From NCBI GenBank assembly GCA_963727525.1, contig CAVSGO010000001.1, forward strand, positions 1 through 22,821: a stretch of DNA of 22,821 nucleotides, given 5' to 3'. Made by a program: the position numbers and the translations under genes. This stretch comes from an uncultured bacterium (GTDB lineage: Bacteria; Krumholzibacteriota; Krumholzibacteriia; LZORAL124-64-63). The notes under the pieces are model-generated. The model saw nothing but the letters and a program-made list of their open reading frames with translations, had not been told where the DNA came from and ran no database searches. Positions 15,203 through 22,821 of this stretch are shown here, piece by piece (positions within the stretch are counted from its first letter, which is position 1; each line of letters begins with the position of its first letter).

Positions 15203-17398
15203 ATGCTCCGACTGAACCCTGGTATCATGGCCTCGCTCCTCATCGTGGCGACGGGCCAGATCGCTGCCGCCGTCGACTACACGGCATTTCCCCACTGGGT
15301 CGAGAGCTTCGGGGATGCCGAGGGTCGGGATATCACCAGCGTCACGATTGTCGAGATCCTCGGTCAGCCCTACGTGCTGGCCACGGCTCCCAGTCACGGG
15401 CTCATGTCGTTTCGGCCCGGTCCCGACGGCCTCGAATTGCTGAGCGATCTTGCTGTTGCGGGCGCCGAGGTCGGCGTGGCGGTCGCTGCCTGGGACGCCT
15501 ACGTGGCCGGCGACGGTCCGTCGGCGAGGCTGAGCAAGGTCAACGTCGCCTTTCCGGAGAACCCGATGCTGGTCTGGCAGTCCAGCCTGCCGCTACAGCC
15601 GCGCGGCGTGGCGCTTCTGGACCACTACGCGCTCCTGCCCTGCGGCGGCGACGGGCTGCTGGTCTTCGATCTCACCGAGGTGCTCGGCATTCCGGTCGGC
15701 GTGGTGGGGCAGTGGGACTCTCCGGCGCTCGAGGTATCCGTGATCGACGGCCATGTCTTCGTACTCACATCCAGTGGGCTCTCCACACTGGACCTGACCG
15801 ACCCCACCGCGCCTGGCGAGCTTGCCCATCTCGATCTCGATGGTGCGACGACGATGGTGGCGCACGCGGGATCTCTCGTGATCGGACGATCAGGCAACGT
15901 CGCGGTGGTCGATATCTCGGACCCCCTGGACCCGCAGGCGGTGGCCTTCGCGAACGTGGGGTTTCCGCCGGTGGCCCTTGCCAGCGCGGGTGACGACATC
16001 TGGGTCGCGGGCCATCAATTCGTCGAGGTGCTCGGACCGGAACTCGTCGTCCAGTGGCGGACGCCGCTGGATATCGGCACTGCCGGGAACACGTGCCTCG
16101 CAGCCGGCCTCGGACTCACCGTCGTCGGCACCGAGAGACGCGGTCTGCAGGTCCTCGTCGATGGCATCCACGAGTCGGTGCAACCGGTGACGTCATTTCA
16201 CATCGACGGTTTCAATCCCCAGGTTCGCCAGCTCGTTGGCGACATTCTCTACGTCACGGTGGGTGGCGAGTCCCGGGCCTATCGCGCGGATGAGAACTCG
16301 TCGGAACCGGTGTGGGTACATGCCGCTCCGGATCCGGGCGCCATCGCTCTCGATCTTCTCGTGGCCGATGGGCGCGCGTTCGTTGCCTACACGTCCGGCG
16401 TCGTCGAGGTGCTCGACGTGACGGGGCCGCAGGCCGAGCCCATCGCCTCGGTCCTGCTCTCAGAAGATCACGAGATCTTCGACCTGGCGTGGACCGGTTC
16501 CGCGCTAGCGGTGCTATGGAACCATGTCGATGCACCCGAGACGGCGGTCTCGATCTTCGCGTTGACAGGGTCGCAGCTCGAGCAACTCGGCTTCGTTGCC
16601 GTGGACACGAACCAGCGTAAACTGGGCGCCCTGGGCAATGTGCTGGCCTTGTGGAACACGTTCTCCATCGGCACGAGCGTGACGTTGATCGACATCAGCG
16701 ATCCGACCCAGCCGCAGCCAGCTGGGGACTTCCCGAAGCCGGGCTTGAGCGACGTGGTGACCAGCGGTGCATACCTCTACGTGCTGGGTGGTGAGACCTT
16801 GCAAGCGCTGCACTTCGTCGCCCCGTTCTACGTGGAGGCCGGTCCCGAGCTGCAAGTCCCCTCCTACAACGGCTACCACATCCTCGCACCCGCCGGGGAG
16901 CTGGGTTTCCTCTCGTTCGCGGAGCTGATGTTCGACCTCGACGATCCGCTGGTGCCGCGACCCATCGGATCGTTCGCGAACCTGACCGTGGACCGCGCCA
17001 TCCCGGTCTTCTCCAATGCCGGCCGCGTGGTTCTCTACAAGTTTGGTTACGTTTACAGCTTCCCGCCGCAGGCTGCGGATCTCACCGCAGCGCCCGATGC
17101 AGCGCCCGCGGTGGTGCCGGCACCAATCACGCTCCTGCAAGCTGCGCCCAATCCCTTCAACCCGCAGGTGACCCTGGTCTTCCGGATGCCACATGCGGGC
17201 GACGCGCAGCTCGAGATCCTCGATGTCCGTGGCCGGCGCGTCGTGGCACAGTCCGTGACCGTGCACGAGTCAGGAGAGACATCCGTCGTCTGGGACGGCC
17301 GCAGTGACGAAGGGCGCGCACTCCCGTCCGGAACCTACCTGGCGCGGGTGACGGGGCCGGGCGTGACGGCAATCACGAAGGTGACCCTGGCGAGGTAG
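15203..17398 (+). CDS. Secreted LVIVD-like repeat (beta-propeller) protein with FlgD-Ig/T9SS-A-like C-terminal domain, 731 aa
   Basis: GGGGAGG RBS. Hydrophobic signal ending AAA. Repeats GLLVFDL, GLSTLDLTDPTAP, VVDISDPLDP and LIDISDPTQP. C-terminal AAPNPFNPQV...WDGRSDEGRALPSGTYLARV...KVTLAR. Confidence 0.88.
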   Translation: MLRLNPGIMASLLIVATGQIAAAVDYTAFPHWVESFGDAEGRDITSVTIVEILGQPYVLATAPSHGLMSFRPGPDGLELLSDLAVAGAEVGVAVAAWDAYVAGDGPSARLSKVNVAFPENPMLVWQSSLPLQPRGVALLDHYALLPCGGDGLLVFDLTEVLGIPVGVVGQWDSPALEVSVIDGHVFVLTSSGLSTLDLTDPTAPGELAHLDLDGATTMVAHAGSLVIGRSGNVAVVDISDPLDPQAVAFANVGFPPVALASAGDDIWVAGHQFVEVLGPELVVQWRTPLDIGTAGNTCLAAGLGLTVVGTERRGLQVLVDGIHESVQPVTSFHIDGFNPQVRQLVGDILYVTVGGESRAYRADENSSEPVWVHAAPDPGAIALDLLVADGRAFVAYTSGVVEVLDVTGPQAEPIASVLLSEDHEIFDLAWTGSALAVLWNHVDAPETAVSIFALTGSQLEQLGFVAVDTNQRKLGALGNVLALWNTFSIGTSVTLIDISDPTQPQPAGDFPKPGLSDVVTSGAYLYVLGGETLQALHFVAPFYVEAGPELQVPSYNGYHILAPAGELGFLSFAELMFDLDDPLVPRPIGSFANLTVDRAIPVFSNAGRVVLYKFGYVYSFPPQAADLTAAPDAAPAVVPAPITLLQAAPNPFNPQVTLVFRMPHAGDAQLEILDVRGRRVVAQSVTVHESGETSVVWDGRSDEGRALPSGTYLARVTGPGVTAITKVTLAR

Positions 17399-17479
17399 TC
17401 CCGACCTCACGTTGGCGACTCGGCCGACTATCCGCCAGCGGCCGCTCATCGTTCCAGACCGGAGATCCGCGCGTGACCG

Positions 17480-19708
17480 TTAGCGCAACCCGTCGATCAC
17501 CGCGTTGAACGTGGCGCTCGGCCGCATGGCGGCGGTCGCCTTGGCGTCGTCCGGCTGGTAGTAGCCGCCAAGGTCCATCGGCTTGCCCTGGGCGGCCAGC
17601 AGTTCCGCGGCGATTTTCTCCTGATGCGCCGCCAGCGCCTGGGCCACGGGCGCGAAGCGCGCCTTCAGCTCGGCGTCCTCGTCCTGCGCCGCCAGCGCCT
17701 GGGCCCAGTACAGAGCCAGGTAGAATGTGCTGCCGCGGTTGTCGATCTCGTTCACCTTGCGACTCGGGTAGCGCGCGTTCTCCAGGTAGGTCCCGATGGC
17801 CGCATCGAGCGTCTCGGCCAGCACCGCGCCGCGCGCGTTGCCCGTCGCGGCGACCTGCTCGAACGACGGCACCAGGGCACAATACTCGCCCAGCGAGTCC
17901 CAGCGCAGGTGCCCCTCCTGCAGGAACTGCTGCACGTGCTTGGGCGCCGAACCGCCCGCTCCTGTTTCATAGAGCCCGCCGCCGTTGAGCAGCGGCACGA
18001 TCGAGAGCATGCGGGCGCTCGTACCCAGCTCGAGGATCGGGAACAGGTCGGTCAGGTAGTCACGCAGCACGTTGCCCGTCACCGAGATGGTGTTCTCGCC
18101 GCGGCGCGTACGGGCACAGGTGTAGGCCATGGCATCGTCCGGTGTCATGACCGGAAGCTCCAGTCCCTTCGTATCGTGCTCGGGCAGGTAGGCCTTCACC
18201 TTGGCAATGATCTGCGCGTCATGGGCGCGCTTCTCGTCGAGCCAGAAGACGGCGGGGGTGCCGGCGGCGCGGGCGCGCGTGACGGCCAGCTTCACCCAGT
18301 CGCGGATGGCCGCGTCCTTGGCCTGGCACATGCGGAAGATGTCGCCCGTCTCCACCGGCTGCTCCAGCAGCACCTTGCCCATCGCATCCACCACGCGCAC
18401 GACACCGGGGCCATCCATGATGAACGTTTTGTCGTGCGAGCCGTACTCCTCGGCTTTCTGCGCCATCAGGCCGACGTTGGCGACGGCGCCCATCGTGGCC
18501 GGGTTGAACTGGCCGTGCGTCTGGCAATCCTTGATGACGGCCTGGTAGATCGTGGCGTAGCAACGGTCCGGCACCATCGCCACCGTGTCCTGCAGCTGGT
18601 CGTCCTTGTTCCACATGCGGCCACCGTCGCGCACGACGTTCGGCATCGAGGCGTCGACGATCACGTCGTTGGGCACATGCAGGTTCGTGATGCCCTTGCG
18701 CGAATCGACCATGGCGATGTCCGGCCGCGTGGCGTAGATCGCCTGGATGTCGGCCTCGATCTCGGCCTTCTTCGCCACCGGCAGGCGGTCCAGCTTCTCC
18801 AGCACGCCAGCCAGCCCGTGGTTGACGTTGGCGCCGATCTCCTTGAGCGTCGCGGCGTGCTTGTCCAGCGCCGCGGCGTAGAACACCGACACGGCGTGGC
18901 CGAACATGACGGGATCGGAGATCTTCATCATGGTGGCCTTCAGGTGCAGCGACAGCAGCGTGCCGTCGCGCTTGCATTCGTCAATCGTCTTCGCGTAGAA
19001 CGCGCGCAGGGCCGCCACGTTCATCACTGCGGCATCGATGACCTCGCCCGCCAGCAGGTCCAGCCCCTCCTTCAGGGTCTTCTTACCGCCGCCCGCGGCG
19101 GTGAACTCGATGGTCACCGTGGTGGGCGACGACAGGGTGACCGACGTCTCGCTGCCGTAGAAGTCCTTCTCGGTCATGTGCGCCACACGAGTCCGCGAAC
19201 CGTCCTTGGGCCAGTCCTTCATCATCCGGTGCGGATTCTTCTGGGCGAACTTCTTGACCGACGACGCCGCGCGTCGGTCGGCGTTTCCCTCGCGCAGCAC
19301 CGGGTTGACGGCGGAGCCCAGCACCTTCGCGAAACGGGTTTGCAGCGCCTTCTCGGCGTCGGTCTGCGGCTCCTCGGGATAGTCGGGAATGTCGTAGCCG
19401 TGCGCCTGCAGCTCCTTGATGGCGGCCTGCAGCTGCGGGATCGATGCCGAGATGTTCGGCAACTTGATGATGTTCGCCGCCGGGGTCCTGGCCAGCTCGC
19501 CCAGCGCGGCCAGGGCGTCGGGCAGCTTCTGGGCCGCCGTCAGCTTATCCGGGAAATTGGCGATGATACGGCCGGCCAGCGAGATGTCGGCAGCCTCGAC
19601 GTCGATCCCCGCTGTCCGGGTAAAGGCTTGGACGATGGGCAGCAGGGCGTAGGTCGCCAGCGCGGGCGCCTCGTCGATGCGAGTCCAGACGATCTTGGAG
19701 TTGGCCAT
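17480..19708 (-). CDS. icd: Monomeric NADP-dependent isocitrate dehydrogenase, 742 aa
   Basis: [79 protein letters not shown] and [14 protein letters not shown]. Start re-assigned to MANSKIVW at 19708. Confidence 0.97.
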   Translation of the reverse strand: MANSKIVWTRIDEAPALATYALLPIVQAFTRTAGIDVEAADISLAGRIIANFPDKLTAAQKLPDALAALGELARTPAANIIKLPNISASIPQLQAAIKELQAHGYDIPDYPEEPQTDAEKALQTRFAKVLGSAVNPVLREGNADRRAASSVKKFAQKNPHRMMKDWPKDGSRTRVAHMTEKDFYGSETSVTLSSPTTVTIEFTAAGGGKKTLKEGLDLLAGEVIDAAVMNVAALRAFYAKTIDECKRDGTLLSLHLKATMMKISDPVMFGHAVSVFYAAALDKHAATLKEIGANVNHGLAGVLEKLDRLPVAKKAEIEADIQAIYATRPDIAMVDSRKGITNLHVPNDVIVDASMPNVVRDGGRMWNKDDQLQDTVAMVPDRCYATIYQAVIKDCQTHGQFNPATMGAVANVGLMAQKAEEYGSHDKTFIMDGPGVVRVVDAMGKVLLEQPVETGDIFRMCQAKDAAIRDWVKLAVTRARAAGTPAVFWLDEKRAHDAQIIAKVKAYLPEHDTKGLELPVMTPDDAMAYTCARTRRGENTISVTGNVLRDYLTDLFPILELGTSARMLSIVPLLNGGGLYETGAGGSAPKHVQQFLQEGHLRWDSLGEYCALVPSFEQVAATGNARGAVLAETLDAAIGTYLENARYPSRKVNEIDNRGSTFYLALYWAQALAAQDEDAELKARFAPVAQALAAHQEKIAAELLAAQGKPMDLGGYYQPDDAKATAAMRPSATFNAVIDGLR

Positions 19709-19816
19709 GGGTATCCCTCGGCTTGGCTGGGGTGAAAAAGGGGGTAATCCAATATTCCCGCCAAAAATCACCCAGTGGAGGGGTAGAGTCAAGCCGCTCG
19801 GCTCGGCGCCGACTCG

Positions 19817-21865
19817 CTAGCCGGCGAGCGTCGCCGTCAACGGACTTGCCGCCGTGGACCAGTTGCCCTTGAGCACCTGGCCCGACGCCGCCGGCAGCAG
19901 CAGCCAGCCGTACTTGCCGTAGTGGCCCAGCCGCTCGCCCAGGCGCGGCAGGCGGTCGGGAGTCCGGGTCACGATCACGAGATCGGTGACCGGAAGGTGG
20001 TACGGGCTGCGCGCGGCGAAGACGAGGTCGTAGTCCTTCAGCGAGTAGCGCTTGCCGGCGATGAAGACGAGGTCGCCGGCGATCTTCAGCTCGTCGGGCA
20101 GGTAGGCGGTGAGTACATCATCACGGGGGTTCATGAGCACGCTGGTGACGGCCCCGGTCGGATCGATGTCCTGCGGCGGTACGCCGCCGGTGATGAGGGC
20201 TGGCGGGTCGGTCTCCGTGAAGGCATGGGCGAAGCCCTCGGCGGCCGCCTTCTGCGACGCGTCGAAGGGCAGCACGAAGTTGGGCGAGGGCTCGGCGAGC
20301 ACCTGGGCCAGGGTGGGATCGATCTCCTGCGGCCAGAGGCGGCGGAAGAGGTCGAAATCGGGATCCACGCTCAACGTGGTTGCGCCGGGGGCCTTCACGC
20401 GGAAGCTGTCGCGCGCCTTGGCGAGGGTCACGGTGGTGCGCACGTCGCCCTGGGGCGTGGACACGACCACCGGCACCTCGAGGGTGTACGGCGGCATGCC
20501 CTGGCTCAGGGTGAAGGTCACGGCGTCGCCGTCGCGCTTCGGCTCCTCCAGGGTGAGGGTGGGCGCGCCGGGGCGGGTGAGCCACTGGTCCTGGAACGCC
20601 GACAGGTCGCGGCCGCTGACCTTCGCGATGGCGGCGAAGAAATCGCTCCAGCTCGCCTCCTGGTAAGTGAACCGAGACACCACGTCACGCAGGCCTTGCA
20701 GCACGGTGTCGTGGCCCAGCTCCTGGCTGAGCATGTGCCACACCATCATGCTCTTGCCATAGCCCACTGCTCTTGTCGCACCCGAGTGGCGGCTCTTGAA
20801 CTCGGTGAGCGGGAAGTCGAGCTTCGGGTCGCGGCCGACGTAGGCGGCATAGTCCTTCAGTAACGTGTGACGATAGTCGCGCGCGGCCTCGGCCGACTCC
20901 AGCGCCTTGTAATGATAGTCGGCGCACCACACCGTGAGACCCTCGCACCAGTTGCCCTCGGCGGGGTTCACCATGACGCCGTTGCCCCACCAGTCGTGGC
21001 AGATCTCGTGGCCGAAGCTGGTGTAAGGGATGAAGGGCAGGCGCATGACCTGCGCACCCAGCAGCGTCCAGCCAGGCATGCCGTAGCCGGTGGGAAACCA
21101 GTTCTCGACGGTGGCGAACTTCTCGAACGGGTACGGCCCGAGCATGTCCTCGTACATGGCGATGTAAGCCTGCGTGCGCTCGAGGTAGGTGTCGCGCAGC
21201 TTCTCATCGGGTTCGAGCAGGAAGACCTGGGCCTTCACTTTTCCGTCCTTGCCGGCACTATCCGCGTAGCGGTAGTACTGGTGCGCGATGACCGTGATGC
21301 CGTCGCTGGGGTGCACCGCGTTGAAGACCGTGGTGCGCTGGCCGTCCGTCTCCTCCTCGTTCACCACCTCGCCCTGCGTGACCGGCAACCATCCCGCGGG
21401 CGTGACGACGGTGACGCGGTACGTGTTGAGGGCGCCGGCGAACGAGGGCAGCCACGGGAGGGCGCTGGACAGGTAGATGCCGTCCTCGCCCACGGTGCCG
21501 GTGATCTCGTTGGCCACGTTCTCGCGCGAGAAGCGCATGGTGGCGGCGTCCTGGTGCACACGTGCGGCGTAGCGCAGCGTGACCGGCGTGTGGGCGTCGC
21601 GCCAGCCGACGAGGCCGCGGGCGACAGGCTCGCCGAGCGCCGTGTCCACCGTGGTCGACATGGCCGTTCTCGCGGGGTCGAATGCCGCCGCGAGCTGGAA
21701 GCTGTCGAGGCCGGCAGGCACCAGGAGGGCGTCCTCGATCGTCACCTCGTGCGCGGCGACGTCGAAGGTGACGCGGGCGTCGTGGTGCACGACAGGCAGG
21801 GCGGCCGTGGCCATGGGCGCGGCGAGGAGCGCGGCGGCGAGTGCGATCAGGCGGCGGGAAGTCAT
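19817..21865 (-). CDS. Exported M1-family (gluzincin) aminopeptidase, 682 aa
   Basis: Signal peptide ending ATA. GPYPFEKFATVE, GYGMP (at the GAMEN position), HEICHDWWGN...WCEGLT (HExxH-x18-E) and GYGKSMMVWHML. CAGGAG RBS. Confidence 0.88.
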   Translation of the reverse strand: MTSRRLIALAAALLAAPMATAALPVVHHDARVTFDVAAHEVTIEDALLVPAGLDSFQLAAAFDPARTAMSTTVDTALGEPVARGLVGWRDAHTPVTLRYAARVHQDAATMRFSRENVANEITGTVGEDGIYLSSALPWLPSFAGALNTYRVTVVTPAGWLPVTQGEVVNEEETDGQRTTVFNAVHPSDGITVIAHQYYRYADSAGKDGKVKAQVFLLEPDEKLRDTYLERTQAYIAMYEDMLGPYPFEKFATVENWFPTGYGMPGWTLLGAQVMRLPFIPYTSFGHEICHDWWGNGVMVNPAEGNWCEGLTVWCADYHYKALESAEAARDYRHTLLKDYAAYVGRDPKLDFPLTEFKSRHSGATRAVGYGKSMMVWHMLSQELGHDTVLQGLRDVVSRFTYQEASWSDFFAAIAKVSGRDLSAFQDQWLTRPGAPTLTLEEPKRDGDAVTFTLSQGMPPYTLEVPVVVSTPQGDVRTTVTLAKARDSFRVKAPGATTLSVDPDFDLFRRLWPQEIDPTLAQVLAEPSPNFVLPFDASQKAAAEGFAHAFTETDPPALITGGVPPQDIDPTGAVTSVLMNPRDDVLTAYLPDELKIAGDLVFIAGKRYSLKDYDLVFAARSPYHLPVTDLVIVTRTPDRLPRLGERLGHYGKYGWLLLPAASGQVLKGNWSTAASPLTATLAG

Positions 21866-21881
21866 GGGTTCTCCTGTGTGT

Positions 21882-22820
21882 CTAGTTCACCACGACCGTC
21901 ACCAGCGGTAGCTCGCTGAAGAACTGGGCCGACACGCGCTGCAGGTCGGCGAGAGTCACGCGATCGTAGCCGCCGACGGCATCGAGATAGGCGCGCGCGT
22001 CGCCATCCAGCTCGGCCATCGCCAGGTAATAGGCGCGGCTGATCGAGCTGAGGCGGCGCATCATCTGACGACCGCGAATGGCGCTGCGCACGCGGTCGAG
22101 TTCCTCCTGCGAGATGCTTCCGGCGTCGAAGTCGCGCAACGCTCCCGTGAGCGCGTCCTCGCCCTCGGCGAGGCGCTCCACCGGCGGGTTGATCCAGGCG
22201 CGCAGCACGGCCTCGCCCGCGACATCGTCCACCGCCACGCCCACGCTGTAGGACAGGCCGCGCTTCTCGCGCAGATCCATCTGCACGCGGTCCGAGAGGA
22301 TGGCTACGAGCAGGTCGAGCGCCGGCATGTCGGCCGGATCGACGTCGCGCACGCTGCCCAGCCTGACGGCCCCCATCTCGCCACCCACAGTGGCTGTGAC
22401 GCGCTTCGGCGTCGTGGTCGCCGGCAGGGGTGGCAGGCCGGCGGCCGGCTGGCCGGAGCCGGGCGCCAGCGCTTCGATGCGAGCCTTCAGCTCATCGTGC
22501 GGCAGGGGTGAAATCACCGACCAGATGAGGTTCTCCGGCGCGAAGGCCTTGCGATAGAGCGTGCGTACCTGGTCGTAGGTGATCTGCCCGAGATCGGCGG
22601 GCGTACCCTCGGGCGGCAGCACCAACGGGTTGTCGCCGTAGAGCGCCTGCTGCAGCATACCGCCCGCCTCGCGGCTCGCGCTACCCTGGCGGTTGGCGAG
22701 GATCTGGATCTCGTCCTGGCGTGCGCGCTCCAGGTCGTCGCGGCCGAATGTGGCGTGCTGCGTGAGGTCGCTCAGCAGGTCGAGCACGGCGGGGCCGTTG
22801 TCGGCCGTGCACTCCACGCG
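21882..22820 (-). CDS. M16-family (insulinase/pitrilysin-like) peptidase, C-terminal part; 5' end lies outside the window
   Basis: LYGDNPL..PPEGTPADLGQIT..QVRTLY...FAPEN, LSDRVQMDLREKRGLSYSV, ISQEELDR and VTLADLQRV are Peptidase_M16_C-type motifs. The ORF is open to the window edge. Confidence 0.85.
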   Translation of the reverse strand, partial: RVECTADNGPAVLDLLSDLTQHATFGRDDLERARQDEIQILANRQGSASREAGGMLQQALYGDNPLVLPPEGTPADLGQITYDQVRTLYRKAFAPENLIWSVISPLPHDELKARIEALAPGSGQPAAGLPPLPATTTPKRVTATVGGEMGAVRLGSVRDVDPADMPALDLLVAILSDRVQMDLREKRGLSYSVGVAVDDVAGEAVLRAWINPPVERLAEGEDALTGALRDFDAGSISQEELDRVRSAIRGRQMMRRLSSISRAYYLAMAELDGDARAYLDAVGGYDRVTLADLQRVSAQFFSELPLVTVVVN

Positions 22821-22821
22821 G

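Noticed and set aside
14771-15397. 209-aa N-terminal extension of the 1254-aa ORF
   Set aside because: It overlaps the divergent 15203 gene and reads as non-protein-like. The signal peptide and RBS are at 14770.
17624-19735. 703-aa ORF antisense to icd
   Set aside because: It is in codon register opposite a highly conserved gene, has an R/G/L/V-rich composition and no motifs. This is a typical high-GC shadow ORF.
1-22821. CRISPR array, tRNA, rRNA, or DGR/retron-type elements
   Set aside because: By eye I found no regularly spaced direct repeats, cloverleaf or rRNA signatures, reverse transcriptase, or near-identical template/variable repeat pair. The two tail-coding sequences differ at all base types, not only adenines.

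Overview
High-GC bacterial chromosomal region. The secreted-protein C-terminal domains suggest an FCB-superphylum lineage such as Krumholzibacteriota, Latescibacterota or Eisenbacteria (inference only). Housekeeping and peptide-catabolism genes frame the window: pepD on the left; monomeric icd, an M1 aminopeptidase and a partial M16 peptidase on the right. Between them lies a block of about 15 kb dominated by signal-peptide-bearing secreted proteins. Three carry a FlgD-Ig/T9SS-type-A-like C-terminal domain (PNPFNP motif): a 1553-aa S8 protease-VWA-cohesin-like protein and a divergent pair of LVIVD-type beta-propeller proteins. Two otherwise unrelated proteins instead share a 19-residue C-terminal tail, CxxVxxExx[ST]WG[SA][VL]KSLYR-stop, a candidate second sorting or anchoring signal and the most interesting observation here. 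At about 10.5-11.6 kb there is mobile-element debris: a lower-GC VOC/glyoxalase gene whose stop codon sits in a degenerate integron attC-like site, followed by IS91-like and rve-integrase fragments. I saw no rRNA, tRNA or CRISPR array.
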